A stretch of 64,000 nucleotides of DNA from an uncultured Gammaproteobacteria bacterium (GTDB lineage Bacteria > Patescibacteriota > Patescibacteriia > UBA1558 > GWA2-36-10), in NCBI GenBank assembly GCA_964638415.1, contig CAZWYP010000006.1:2244-66243 (forward strand), written 5' to 3'. Below, one piece after another: positions 54,867 to 64,000 of this stretch (the first letter of the stretch is position 1; every line of letters begins with the position of its first letter). The notes below the pieces were generated by a model. That model was not told the origin of the DNA, made no database searches, and worked only from the letters and a program-made list of their open reading frames with translations. The translations under genes were made by a program, and so were the position numbers.

Positions 54867-56753
54867 CTATTTATTATCCTTAACTTCTTCGTATTGGCCC
54901 TCAACCGGCTCATCTTTCTTCTGCTCTGCTTCCGGTTGTGCCTGTTGCTGATTAGCCTGCTGGTACATCGCTGCACCGATTTTCTGCACAACTTCATCCA
55001 TGTCTTTAATGGCAGCTTTAATCGCTTCAATGCTAGAGCCGTCTTTTACTGCCTTAACTGCAGAAATCTTTTCTTCCATTAATTTCTTGTCTTCTTCTTT
55101 AATCTTATCTGCATTTTCCTTAATGAACTTCTCCGTCTGGAAAATAACATTGTCTGCCTGATTGCGGGTATCTACTTCTTCTTTCTTCTTTTTATCTTCT
55201 TCAGCGTGCATTTCTGCATCTTTCTGCATGCGGTCAATTTCATCTTTAGACAAGCCGGAAGAAGACTGAATAGTAATCTTTTGCTCCTTACCAGTAGCCT
55301 TATCTTGTGCCTTAACGTTCAAAATGCCATTAGCATCAATGTCAAAGCTAACCTCAATCTGCGGAATGCCGCGAGGTGAAGGCGGAATACCATCAAGCAT
55401 AAAACGGCCTAGGGTTTTGTTGTCAGCGGCCATTTCACGCTCTCCCTGCAGGATATGGATTTCCACACTAGGCTGGTTATCTGCAGCGGTAGAAAAAATC
55501 TGGCTCTTGGAAGTAGGAATAGTAGTATTGCGGGGAATTAAAGGAGTTCGTACGCCGCCTAAAGTTTCAATGCCTAAAGTCAAAGGAGTAACGTCTAATA
55601 ATAACACGTCCTTAACATCTCCTTGTAATACTCCAGCTTGTACGGCAGCACCCATCGCTACCACTTCATCTGGATTAACAGAGATATTAGGCTTCTTGCC
55701 AAAAAACTCCTCCACTTTCTTCTGTACCAAAGGCATGCGAGTCATACCGCCAACTAAGATTACTTCTTCAATATCTGCCGGAGTAACCTGGGCATCGGTT
55801 AAAGCTTTCTTGCAGGGTTCCAAAGTCTTATTTACCAAATCTCCTACTAATTCTTCCAATTTAGCCCTAGTCATCTTCATTACCAAGTGCTTGGGACCAG
55901 ACGCATCAGTGGTAATAAACGGTTGGTTAATTTCTGTTTCCATTGAGGAAGATAATTCAATTTTGGCTTTTTCTCCCGCTTCTTTCAAGCGCTGCAAAGC
56001 CAAGGGATCGTGAGACAAGTCAATGCCTTCCTGTTTTTTAAACTCGGAAATAATCCAGTCAATAATCCGCTGATCAAAATCATCACCGCCTAGGTGGGTA
56101 TCTCCGTTAGTGGATTTCACTTCTACCGTATCCTGGGAAACATCCAAAATGGAAATATCAAAAGTACCGCCACCCAAGTCATAAACAGCGATCTGCTGGT
56201 CTTTTTTCTTGTCAAAGCCATAAGCTAAAGCGGCCGCAGTCGGTTCATTAATAATGCGTTTAACTTCCAAACCGGCAATTTTACCAGCATCCTTAGTTGC
56301 TTGTCGCTGAGAATCATCAAAATAGGCCGGTACGGTAATCACCGCTTCCGTTACCGGTGAACCCAGTCTTTCTTCAGCATCAGCTTTAAGCTTCTGCAAT
56401 ACCATGGCAGAAATTTCCTGCGGGCTGTAATCTTTACCAGCCATCACTACTTTAACGCCAGATCCGTCTTTACTTATTTTATACGGCAAATTCTTCACAT
56501 CCTGGTCAACCGTGCTGTCATTAGAACGGCGGCCAATTAATCTCTTCACGGAAAAAATAGTATTCTCCGGATTAGTCACTGCCTGCCGTTTAGCCGGTAA
56601 ACCCACTACCCGCTCATTACTCTTGGTAATTGCTACCATGGACGGCGTAGTCCTATTACCTTCTTTGTTTTCCAAAATTTTAGGCTTACCCCCTTCAATA
56701 ATTGCTACTGCGGAGTTGGTGGTACCTAAGTCTATACCAATAATCTTTCCCAT
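54867..56753 (-). CDS. dnaK: chaperone DnaK (Hsp70)
   Basis: 628 aa. [18 protein letters not shown]. Confidence 0.95.
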   Translation of the reverse strand: MGKIIGIDLGTTNSAVAIIEGGKPKILENKEGNRTTPSMVAITKSNERVVGLPAKRQAVTNPENTIFSVKRLIGRRSNDSTVDQDVKNLPYKISKDGSGVKVVMAGKDYSPQEISAMVLQKLKADAEERLGSPVTEAVITVPAYFDDSQRQATKDAGKIAGLEVKRIINEPTAAALAYGFDKKKDQQIAVYDLGGGTFDISILDVSQDTVEVKSTNGDTHLGGDDFDQRIIDWIISEFKKQEGIDLSHDPLALQRLKEAGEKAKIELSSSMETEINQPFITTDASGPKHLVMKMTRAKLEELVGDLVNKTLEPCKKALTDAQVTPADIEEVILVGGMTRMPLVQKKVEEFFGKKPNISVNPDEVVAMGAAVQAGVLQGDVKDVLLLDVTPLTLGIETLGGVRTPLIPRNTTIPTSKSQIFSTAADNQPSVEIHILQGEREMAADNKTLGRFMLDGIPPSPRGIPQIEVSFDIDANGILNVKAQDKATGKEQKITIQSSSGLSKDEIDRMQKDAEMHAEEDKKKKEEVDTRNQADNVIFQTEKFIKENADKIKEEDKKLMEEKISAVKAVKDGSSIEAIKAAIKDMDEVVQKIGAAMYQQANQQQAQPEAEQKKDEPVEGQYEEVKDNK

Positions 56754-56758
56754 ATTAT

Positions 56759-57082
56759 TTATTCTTTAAAATTTTTTAATAAATTATTATTTTTAATAAC
56801 CTCCCTGATGGCCAATACGTCATCGGCCGACAAATCATCGCCAACGGCAAAATCCATCACTTCCTGGGGCTTAAGATCGGTCAAAATCGCATTACCCACC
56901 ACGCCTTGCGGCACCGAAGCTAATTTAGTTAATAAGCTGGCGCCGCAAGTAGCACAAGTGGCATAGGTTAAAATGCCCAGCTCGCTTTCGTCTAATACCT
57001 GGATCATCGCCGACTGGTAATCTGCGCTGCAAACCGGGCATTTCCGTATTAATCTTAAATTTATCGGTAAATGGCTGAGCAT
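56759..57082 (-). CDS. hypothetical zinc-ribbon protein within the heat-shock operon
   Basis: 107 aa. CPVCS...CATCG tetracysteine. No recognised family. Confidence 0.45.
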   Translation of the reverse strand: MLSHLPINLRLIRKCPVCSADYQSAMIQVLDESELGILTYATCATCGASLLTKLASVPQGVVGNAILTDLKPQEVMDFAVGDDLSADDVLAIREVIKNNNLLKNFKE

Positions 57083-57478
57083 TTACTTGGCAATGTCAAT
57101 TTTAATATTGCGTGACTTAGCCCGCTCTTCTTTAGGCAAGACTACTTTCAATAAGCCATTAGCAAAGGTAGCCTGAGCCTTATCTGCCTGAACAGAAGCC
57201 GGCAAAATAACCGAGCGGTGGAAAGAGCCAGTCCGCACTTCTTTGCGGTAATAGTTCTTCTCTTCCAATTCCGATTTGGATTCCCGCTTGCCTTCCACAG
57301 TGAAGACATCATCTTTAACGGAAATACTGACGTCTTCCGGAGCAATGCCAGCCAAACTGGTTTCAATTACCACATTCTCCCGATCTTCATAAACATCCAT
57401 GGCGGGCAAGAAATTGGTCAAACCGCTTTCCAAATTCTCAAAGGTGTCCAAAAATGGACTCCAAGGTATGATTGACAT
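57083..57478 (-). CDS. Hsp20/alpha-crystallin small heat-shock protein
   Basis: 131 aa. Alpha-crystallin domain (AMDVYEDRENVVIETSLAGIAPEDVSISVKDDVFTVEGKRE). Confidence 0.85.
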   Translation of the reverse strand: MSIIPWSPFLDTFENLESGLTNFLPAMDVYEDRENVVIETSLAGIAPEDVSISVKDDVFTVEGKRESKSELEEKNYYRKEVRTGSFHRSVILPASVQADKAQATFANGLLKVVLPKEERAKSRNIKIDIAK

Positions 57479-57493
57479 AGTTTTCTCCTTTCT

Positions 57494-57973
57494 TTAACTT
57501 AATTGATTAATTATTACTTTAGCCGGTCTAATTATCTGCCCTTCCGCCTGAAAACCAGCTTGCTTTTCCTCCACGATTTCCTGATCCGGCTTGCTATCGT
57601 CTTGGATCTGCCCGATGGCTTCATGCTGGTGAGGATCAAATAACTCTCCGACTGTTTTTATTTTTTTAATATTATGGCTGCTTAAGAAGCTTTCCCACAT
57701 TTTCAGAATATGTTCTAAACCAACTGCCCAGGAATCTTGCTTGTTATTGCTGGGAATATGTTCCAAAGCAGTCTGGTAATTGTCAAAGATGGGTAATAGT
57801 TCAGAAATGATATCAGTTACTAACCAACTTTTTAATGAAATAATTTTCTGCTCTGACTCTTTCTGCAAGTTTTGGTAATCCGCCAATGCTGTCTGCCAGC
57901 CCAGTAAATTCTGCGCCGCTTCTTCCTCTAACTGCACTAAGCGCTCTTGCTCGTTTATTTTCTCTTCACTCAT
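57494..57973 (-). CDS. grpE: nucleotide exchange factor GrpE
   Basis: 159 aa. Coiled-coil N-terminus. C-terminal GrpE beta-domain (FDPHQHEAIGQ). Confidence 0.85.
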   Translation of the reverse strand: MSEEKINEQERLVQLEEEAAQNLLGWQTALADYQNLQKESEQKIISLKSWLVTDIISELLPIFDNYQTALEHIPSNNKQDSWAVGLEHILKMWESFLSSHNIKKIKTVGELFDPHQHEAIGQIQDDSKPDQEIVEEKQAGFQAEGQIIRPAKVIINQLS

Positions 57974-57978
57974 AATTA

Positions 57979-58644
57979 TTATTTAATAACTTTAACGGTA
58001 GTGGCTAATAATCCCAAAACCTTATTGTAATCCATCCGAGCTGGTCCTAAGATAGCCAATAACTCTCTGCCTTTAGTCGGCAGCGGAGTAATTACCATCG
58101 CGCAATGCTCATGGAAAGGATTACGACTGCCAATTAATACCTGCGCTTCATTAATCTCATGGTAAATCTTAGCCAGGGCTTTTTCCAAACTGTCTACTAC
58201 TTGGGTGACAGATAAAACCATTTTGTAGTCGGCAAATTCTGGCTGGGAAAATAAATTGAATAAGCCGGTAAAGTAGAAATCGCTGGGTGCTAAAGCCACC
58301 AAAGAAGCTAAGTTTGTTTTAGCCGATAACAATTTGGCTAAATCCCTGATATCCTGATCATACGCTTTTTTTAATTCGGTAAATTCTGTATCAGAAGAAT
58401 TCTCTACGCTCAAAAGATGGTCTAAATAATACTGATAGCCTTTAGCGGTTGGTATGCGCCCGGCCGAAGTATAAGGCTGGTAAATATAACCATCCTGTTC
58501 CAATTCCAACATGGCATTGCGGATAGTAGCTGGACTAACATTAAAAATCTTATCCTCCACCAAGACTTTAGAGCCAATCGGGTGAGCGGTTTTAACATGC
58601 AATTCCACAATGGCTTTTAATAATTTTTCCAATCTGGCTTCCAT
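57979..58644 (-). CDS. hrcA: heat-inducible transcription repressor HrcA (compact)
   Basis: Start moved to the second Met so the CDS does not overlap the CIRCE element. Winged-helix N-terminus (LLKAIVELHVKTAHPIGSKVL...SPATIRNAMLELEQDGYI). Operon context with grpE and dnaK. Confidence 0.75.
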   Translation of the reverse strand: MEARLEKLLKAIVELHVKTAHPIGSKVLVEDKIFNVSPATIRNAMLELEQDGYIYQPYTSAGRIPTAKGYQYYLDHLLSVENSSDTEFTELKKAYDQDIRDLAKLLSAKTNLASLVALAPSDFYFTGLFNLFSQPEFADYKMVLSVTQVVDSLEKALAKIYHEINEAQVLIGSRNPFHEHCAMVITPLPTKGRELLAILGPARMDYNKVLGLLATTVKVIK

Positions 58645-58664
58645 GTATAATATTATAAAGCAAA

Positions 58665-58691
58665 TTAGCACTCTTGGTCAAGGAGTGCTAA
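58665..58691. promoter_or_regulatory. CIRCE operator (HrcA binding site)
   Basis: TTAGCACTC-ttggtcaag-GAGTGCTAA is a perfect match to the CIRCE consensus TTAGCACTC-N9-GAGTGCTAA. It lies 20 bp upstream of hrcA, and a TATAAT reads on the minus strand between CIRCE and the start codon. Confidence 0.85.
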
Positions 58692-58724
58692 ATAATTAAA
58701 AATTTAGGCTAATTTTAAATAAAA

Positions 58725-59978
58725 TTAACTTTGCCTTAAAGCATCAATAGGATTAAGGTTAGCAGCTTTTTTAGCCGGATAAATACCAAAAATTAAGCCA
58801 ATGATCATAGAAAAGCCAATGGCAATAACTAAAGCCTTGGGCGGCAAAGACCAGGACCAGGTAAATTCCTGGTATTGGGCAACAAGATAAATCAGGAAAT
58901 TAATAATAATGCCTAAAATAGTACCAGCGACAGAACCAATAGCAGTAATCACAATAGCTTCAGTTAAAAACTGCCTCATAATATCCTTATACTTAGCCCC
59001 GGCCGATTTGCGCAAACCGATTTCAAAAGTCCTTTCCGCCACGGAAACATACATAATATTCATAATCCCCACTCCTCCGACAATTAAGGAAATACTAGCC
59101 AAAGCAATTAATAATAAACTGACTCCGCCAATAATCGTTCCTAGTAATTCCTTAGCATCATCTAAAGAACTGACGGCAAAGTCATCTTTATCCGGATCAT
59201 TACCTTTAATATCATGCCGGTCTCTTAATAAATACTCCATATCGGCAATGGTTGAATCTTCCAAGGAAGGGTCTATCATATGGGAGGTGATAAAAGTCAC
59301 ATGGTTTATTCCCCATAATAATTTTTGTCCGGTCTGGATGGGTATGTAAATAACATTATCCTTATCAAAAAACAAAGAACTGCCTTCAGATTCTAATTCT
59401 CCAATTACTTTAAAATTAAGCTGTCTGATTTTAATATTCTGGCCAATCGCCTCGCTATTGCCGAATAGTTTTTCCTTAATCTTAGAACCTAGCACCGCTA
59501 CTCTAGCTAAAGAATCATCTTCTTCCTTATTAAAAAACCGTCCTTTAGAGACTTTAGCGCTGTCTATTTCCATAACTTCCGCATTGGAGCCGAAAATAAG
59601 GCTATTCTTCACATTGCCTTCCCACTGCGCCACTTCCTGACCAATAAAAGCCGCATAGCTTTTATCTATATTCGGCAGACGGTTAATCGCTTCCCTATCC
59701 TCTAAAGTCAAAGTAGTAATTACCACTCCCTGCACTTGGGAGGTGGCATTCTCTGCTGATTCATACTTAGTATTAGGAACCTTGACTTCTGTCTGCAGAA
59801 TATTACTGCCAAAACTGTCAATTTCAGAGAAAATAAACTTTTCAATGCTCTGGCCGGCAGAAATAACCACAATAACTGCCGCAATGCCAATAACAATTCC
59901 TAAGATAGTCAAAATTGCCCGAGCCCGATTGACTCGCAAAGCATTAACGGCGATTTTTACTGCTTCCCGATATTTCAT
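58725..59978 (-). CDS. ABC transporter permease, MacB/FtsX family
   Basis: 417 aa. N-terminal TM, large periplasmic domain, C-terminal FtsX 3-TM bundle. Confidence 0.75.
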   Translation of the reverse strand: MKYREAVKIAVNALRVNRARAILTILGIVIGIAAVIVVISAGQSIEKFIFSEIDSFGSNILQTEVKVPNTKYESAENATSQVQGVVITTLTLEDREAINRLPNIDKSYAAFIGQEVAQWEGNVKNSLIFGSNAEVMEIDSAKVSKGRFFNKEEDDSLARVAVLGSKIKEKLFGNSEAIGQNIKIRQLNFKVIGELESEGSSLFFDKDNVIYIPIQTGQKLLWGINHVTFITSHMIDPSLEDSTIADMEYLLRDRHDIKGNDPDKDDFAVSSLDDAKELLGTIIGGVSLLLIALASISLIVGGVGIMNIMYVSVAERTFEIGLRKSAGAKYKDIMRQFLTEAIVITAIGSVAGTILGIIINFLIYLVAQYQEFTWSWSLPPKALVIAIGFSMIIGLIFGIYPAKKAANLNPIDALRQS

Positions 59979-61216
59979 TATTCGTATCTTAAAGCTTCAA
60001 TTGGTTTTAATTTAGCGGCTTTCTTAGCCGGATACCAGCCAAAAACTATTGCTACCAAGAAAGTAAATACTACGGCCAAAAATACGGAAAATGGCGGTAC
60101 TACAAAATCCCAATCATAACCCAAGCCATTAGCCGCTAAACTGACTAATAAAGAGATCAGAACACCGAAGGCAATACCGATAAAACCGCCAGCTGCTGAC
60201 AGAATAAAAGTCTCGGCTAAAAATTGCTGGCTGATATCTGCTGACTTAGCACCTACTGCTTTCCGCAAGCCGATTTCCCTAGTTCTCTCCGTTACCGCTA
60301 CCAGCATGATATTCATTACGCCAATGCCTCCCACTAATAAAGAAACTGCCGCCACTGCTGCCAAAAAATAATTCAAGGCATTGGTAATATTCTTTAAGGT
60401 ATCCAAGGCTTTGTCTGCAGACTCCGCAGTAAAATCATCCTCTTCCGTAGAGTTAATATCATGCCGCTCTCGCAGTATCTTTTTCACTTCATCCAAAGCT
60501 ACATCAATGTTAGTCCCTTCCGCTATTTTAGCCCTGGCAAAGCTAATATGGTTAACTCCCAGCATTAATTTCTGGGCAGTGGTTAAGGAAATAAATATCT
60601 GATCATCCTGATTCTGGAAACCAGCACTGCCTCTGGGCTCCATCACGCCAATCACAGTAAAAGTCTCTTTATTAACCTTAATCTTTTCATTAAGCGGATC
60701 CTGGTTGCCAAATAAATCCTCCTTAACTTGCGAACCTAAAATCGCTACTCGGACTACTTCCTCTTCTTCTTCGGTTGTTAAAAAACGGCCGCTAATTACC
60801 TTAGCTTCTTCCACTTGGATATAATTAGCAGTTACGCCGACAAAACTGCTGTCCGTACTGCGATTCTGCCAGGCAATATTGGCAACACCGCGAATATACG
60901 CTGTCGCTGCTTCAATTTCCGGCAATTGTTTTTGAACGGCTTTAATATCGTCAGCCGTTAAGGTAGTGACATTAACTCCCAAAGTAGCAGAAGGCTGTCC
61001 GCTGTCTAAAGCTGCTCCCGGCAGAATACCGATTAGATTAGAGCCAATGCCTTTAATCTGGTTAAATACCAGGCTGGAAGCACCGGCGCCAATGGACATG
61101 ATCATTATCACCGAAGCAATACCAATAATAATCCCCAAACTGGTCAGGAAAGAGCGCATCTTATTTCTAACCAAGGTGCGCCAAGGGATTACAAAGATGT
61201 CATGATCAAGATGCAT
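59978..61216 (-). CDS. ABC transporter permease, MacB/FtsX family
   Basis: 412 aa. Same architecture as its neighbour. Paralogous (IGLRKAVGAK vs IGLRKSAGAK). Confidence 0.75.
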   Translation of the reverse strand: MHLDHDIFVIPWRTLVRNKMRSFLTSLGIIIGIASVIMIMSIGAGASSLVFNQIKGIGSNLIGILPGAALDSGQPSATLGVNVTTLTADDIKAVQKQLPEIEAATAYIRGVANIAWQNRSTDSSFVGVTANYIQVEEAKVISGRFLTTEEEEEVVRVAILGSQVKEDLFGNQDPLNEKIKVNKETFTVIGVMEPRGSAGFQNQDDQIFISLTTAQKLMLGVNHISFARAKIAEGTNIDVALDEVKKILRERHDINSTEEDDFTAESADKALDTLKNITNALNYFLAAVAAVSLLVGGIGVMNIMLVAVTERTREIGLRKAVGAKSADISQQFLAETFILSAAGGFIGIAFGVLISLLVSLAANGLGYDWDFVVPPFSVFLAVVFTFLVAIVFGWYPAKKAAKLKPIEALRYE

Positions 61217-61238
61217 CTCAATTAAATAGCTAAAATTA

Positions 61239-61958
61239 TTATTTCAATTCCTGCTCGCTGGCAGCTATCTTGCGTTCAAAATTCTTGCTGTCATTTACTA
61301 AATAGCCATCTTTAACACTAATAATCCTAGTGGCATGGCGAGCAGTGGTAGTTTCGTGGGTAACTAAAATAATGGTTTTGCCCTCGTCATTAAGACGCTG
61401 CAGAATGGACATAATCTGCAAACCGGTTTTGGAGTCCAAATTTCCGGTCGGCTCATCAGCAAAGATGATTTCCGGCTGATTAACCAAGGCGCGGGCAATT
61501 GCTACTCGCTGTTTTTCTCCGCCGGACAGTTGATTAGATAAATAATCCCGACGATGTTCAAGATTAACGCTTTTAATCGCCTGATCAACAGCTTTGGTTT
61601 CAAATTTTTTATCACTATACAATAAAGGCAGGCGCACATTATCCCAGACTGAAGTCTTGGGTAATAGGTTAAAATTCTGGAAAACAAAACCCACTTTATT
61701 ATTACGGAAACTAGCTAAAGTATCATCGTCTAAAACACTGACATCCTGACCCTGAAACAGATACTGTCCTTGGCTTAAAGTGTCTAAAAAGCCCAAAATA
61801 TGCATCAAGGTGGACTTACCGCTGCCAGAGGGCCCCATGATAGAGATAAACTCCCCGGCTTTAACTTCAAAATTGATGTCAAATAAAACTTTAGTGACTA
61901 CATCTTCGTTGACATACTCCTTATATAGATTCTTGATTTCAATTAAATTATTTGCCAT
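61239..61958 (-). CDS. ABC transporter ATP-binding protein (MacB/LolD-type)
   Basis: 239 aa. Walker A GPSGSGKST. Signature LSGGEKQRVAIARAL. Walker B IIFADEPTGNLD. Confidence 0.9.
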   Translation of the reverse strand: MANNLIEIKNLYKEYVNEDVVTKVLFDINFEVKAGEFISIMGPSGSGKSTLMHILGFLDTLSQGQYLFQGQDVSVLDDDTLASFRNNKVGFVFQNFNLLPKTSVWDNVRLPLLYSDKKFETKAVDQAIKSVNLEHRRDYLSNQLSGGEKQRVAIARALVNQPEIIFADEPTGNLDSKTGLQIMSILQRLNDEGKTIILVTHETTTARHATRIISVKDGYLVNDSKNFERKIAASEQELK

Positions 61959-63615
61959 TGCTGGTTAAAGTAATAACTTGCTGGCCTTGAGTTAAGCCCT
62001 CAATTATTTCAATCATGCCGTCATCGCCTTTGATGCCAGTCACCACTTCCTGATCAACTACCTGATTATCTGCTTGGAGGATCTGTACAATTCTTTTGTT
62101 CTCCTTATAAATCACTGCCCGGGCAGGGATTATTAAAACATCATCCTTCTTATCGGTTAAGATGGTTAAATCAGCAGTCATGCCTGATTTTATCTGGTCA
62201 TTCTTATCAACAAAATTAACTTTTATTTTGTAATAAATAACATCATTAATCACCGTGGCCGCTGGATCAATAAAGGTAACAGTGCCAGCAATAGCACTTT
62301 CAATGTTAAGAGCATCTAAAACAATATCTACCTGATCAGCTAAAGCGATTTTGGTAATATCCGATTCTGGGACATTGACTTCAATCTGTAAATTAGTTAA
62401 GCCAATCATGGAAATGACCGGAGTAGTAATTGAGGAAGACTCGCCGGGATCAAAATTAACTTTGGTAATCAGTCCATCAACCGGCGCTTTAATGATTGTA
62501 TCGGAAAATTGGCTTAAAATCCGGCTTAAATTGGCTTGCGCTCTTCTAACATTAGCTTCAGCGGATTTTATGTCAAAATCGCGAGGATCAGCAGTTTTGT
62601 AATTTAACTTGGCCTTAGCTAAATTTAAGCTGGTTAAAGCCGACTGAATATCATTATTGGCATCAGTAATCTGATTTTGGTAATAAATATCTCTAGTGCG
62701 GATATCGCTAGAAGCGTCTCGTACTGAACTAATCGCAGTATTAACCGTAGTGCTTTGGGTATTAATAGTTGTTTTCCAGGTGTCGATAACTGACTGGGTA
62801 TAAGTACCACTGGCCCGGGCTGCTTGGAAAACCTGGAAGCCGTAGCTAAGAGTCTGGGAGATATCATTCAATAAAGCCTCTAAACTATCTAGCGTATTTA
62901 GTATCTCTGCTTGATCACTTCCTTGATTTAAGCCGCTAACCGCTGAAGACAAGCCGTTAAAATCTATCATCGCCAAATCATACCTGTTTTCCGCATTAAT
63001 CAGAGCCTGGGAATCGCTGGTTAATAAATTACTGTCGGCATTAGTATCTAATAAACTGTCATTAATAATCTCCAAAGCATACTGGGCGACAAAATACTTG
63101 TCCTTAGCAGTATTAACCCCAGTCACATACAAATTATTTAATTCCTGGTTGCGCGTATTCTCTAAACCAGCTAAAGCATCTACCGCACTGTTATAAGAGA
63201 TCTCCGCTGCGCGCAATTCTTCCTGAGTGACCTGAATATCTTCGTCACTGGCTCCAGCCAATAATTTATCCAATTCGCTGCGGGCAATGTCCACAGCTGC
63301 CTGAGCATCGTTAATTTGAGCGCTAATATCTCCAGCCCGCAAGCTAGCTAAAGTCTGGCCGGCCTTAACTTCATCGCCAACTTTGACGCCAATACTCTGG
63401 ATAATGCCGCCTGACTTGAAATTAAGATCAATTTCATCAGCCGACTCCACCTGACCGGTCACTTCCACTGTCTGAGTAATTGAGCCGCGTTCAACCGCAG
63501 CGGTCACATAAGTAGTTTCCGGCGGAGTAGATAATTTATAAGCAGCCAGAATAATTACCCCGATAATTACCAGCCACCACCATCGCTTCTTCATAAAAAT
63601 AAAGATTTTCCCCAT
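61948..63615 (-). CDS. HlyD/MacA-family periplasmic adaptor (membrane fusion protein) with long coiled-coil
   Basis: 555 aa. N-terminal TM. Biotinyl/lipoyl-like half-motifs. Extended alpha-helical hairpin. C-terminal beta-barrel. Confidence 0.75.
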   Translation of the reverse strand: MGKIFIFMKKRWWWLVIIGVIILAAYKLSTPPETTYVTAAVERGSITQTVEVTGQVESADEIDLNFKSGGIIQSIGVKVGDEVKAGQTLASLRAGDISAQINDAQAAVDIARSELDKLLAGASDEDIQVTQEELRAAEISYNSAVDALAGLENTRNQELNNLYVTGVNTAKDKYFVAQYALEIINDSLLDTNADSNLLTSDSQALINAENRYDLAMIDFNGLSSAVSGLNQGSDQAEILNTLDSLEALLNDISQTLSYGFQVFQAARASGTYTQSVIDTWKTTINTQSTTVNTAISSVRDASSDIRTRDIYYQNQITDANNDIQSALTSLNLAKAKLNYKTADPRDFDIKSAEANVRRAQANLSRILSQFSDTIIKAPVDGLITKVNFDPGESSSITTPVISMIGLTNLQIEVNVPESDITKIALADQVDIVLDALNIESAIAGTVTFIDPAATVINDVIYYKIKVNFVDKNDQIKSGMTADLTILTDKKDDVLIIPARAVIYKENKRIVQILQADNQVVDQEVVTGIKGDDGMIEIIEGLTQGQQVITLTSNGK

Positions 63616-63665
63616 AAAATTAACTGATTTCTTAAAGCAATCCCATTATAACCTATTTATCTTAA

Positions 63666-63700
63666 TTAAAAAAGGGGCTAAAGATAACCCCCTTTTTAAA
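63666..63700. terminator. rho-independent terminator
   Basis: Hairpin aagggg ctaaagataa cccctt flanked by an A-run and a T-run. Downstream of the partial minus-strand ORF. Confidence 0.45.
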
Positions 63701-63716
63701 GGAAAATTACAATTTA

Positions 63717-63971
63717 TTATCTCTGAACATAAATAGAAGAATCGGCATAATTGCTTTCTATACAAGCTCCAATCTTAATACGACCATTAGAATCCTTTAA
63801 TAAGTAATAACCAGTGCCATCAGAACCAGCTGTTAATTGAGTATAAGTCGGATCAATCGGCATGGTAGGGATGTAGGTAGAAACTATGCCGGAAGAAATA
63901 TCGCGCTTAGCAATAGAATCGCCGTGGCAAGTCTCACTAGTAACATCTGAATTTCCCGCTACATGGATCAA
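63717..63971 (-). CDS. hypothetical protein, C-terminal fragment (ORF continues beyond the window end)
   Basis: Open to the window end. The C-terminus ...GACIESNYADSSIYVQR has a Cys-containing tail that could fit a pilin-like C-terminus, but this is not supportable. Confidence 0.3.
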   Translation of the reverse strand: MIHVAGNSDVTSETCHGDSIAKRDISSGIVSTYIPTMPIDPTYTQLTAGSDGTGYYLLKDSNGRIKIGACIESNYADSSIYVQR

Positions 63972-64000
63972 ATAAGTTGTACCAGCGGAAGCAGTGCTGA

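Noticed and set aside
58645-58671. Longer hrcA start (MLICFIILY...) from the ORF track.
   Set aside because: It would place the start codon inside the CIRCE inverted repeat and the promoter. The second Met, 20 bp downstream of CIRCE, is the more plausible start.
63717-63971. Calling the partial ORF at the window edge a type IV pilin.
   Set aside because: Only a C-terminal fragment is visible. The N-terminal prepilin signature that would justify the call lies outside the window.
1-64000. CRISPR arrays, rRNA genes, tmRNA, RNase P RNA and SRP RNA.
   Set aside because: CRISPR arrays and rRNA genes: no sign seen. Repeat-spacer periodicity was looked for in the longer intergenic regions (17002-17186, 39617-39790, 43124-43427, 46424-46645, 51713-51838) and none was found. 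Those regions contain only promoters, terminators and the tRNA/L33 module. tmRNA, RNase P RNA and SRP RNA were not searched for.

Overview
This 64 kb window is gene-dense and low-GC (roughly 35-40% by eye), and almost every gene sits on the minus strand. Most genes lack Shine-Dalgarno sequences, and several universal proteins are compact: L13 is 115 aa, and RpoA is 254 aa with no C-terminal domain. Together with the abundance of glycosyltransferases and a type-IV-pilin-like gene, this looks like a small-genome, CPR/Patescibacteria-like bacterium, but that is inference only.

Content in order:
- alr, serS and lysS.
- A plus-strand secreted protein that is compositionally foreign (higher GC) and carries a T9SS-type C-terminal sorting domain.
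- A glycan cluster of three GT2 enzymes, two GT1/GT4 enzymes and a Wzx-like flippase.
- The tail of the ribosomal S10-spc-alpha region (rpsI, rplM, rplQ, rpoA, rpsD, rpsK, rpsM, rpmJ, infA).
- A dcw/mur block (murB, murC, murG, ftsW, murD, mraY).
- A catalytically degenerate PilB/GspE-like pseudo-ATPase, then Nfu and HIT proteins.
- A second, large glycosylation locus: an ArnT-like GT-C enzyme, two GT4, a GT2, a DUF2304 protein, a Dpm1-like GT2, a UXS-like UDP-GlcA decarboxylase, a GtrB-like GT2 and a GtrA-like protein.
- A subtilisin (S8) fused to FG-GAP repeats, a clan-A glycoside hydrolase and an EamA-like transporter.
- A type IV pilin-like protein with a C-terminal Fib_succ_major (FISUMP) domain.
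- A small accessory islet: an IS1-like InsA-type zinc-finger/HTH remnant, an unannotated 45-aa metallothionein-like Cys-rich ORF, and an OLD-family ATPase/TOPRIM nuclease translationally coupled to a UgtP/MGDG-synthase-like GT-B enzyme.
- HU, glyoxalase, DedA, VIT1, AdoMetDC and FKBP genes.
- tRNA-Thr, rpmG (not in the ORF track) and tRNA-Trp.
- A CIRCE-controlled hrcA-grpE-hsp20-(zinc ribbon)-dnaK-dnaJ operon.
- A MacAB-like ABC efflux module with a HlyD adaptor.

Several convergent gene junctions carry clean hairpin terminators that can be read on either strand. No CRISPR array and no rRNA genes were seen.
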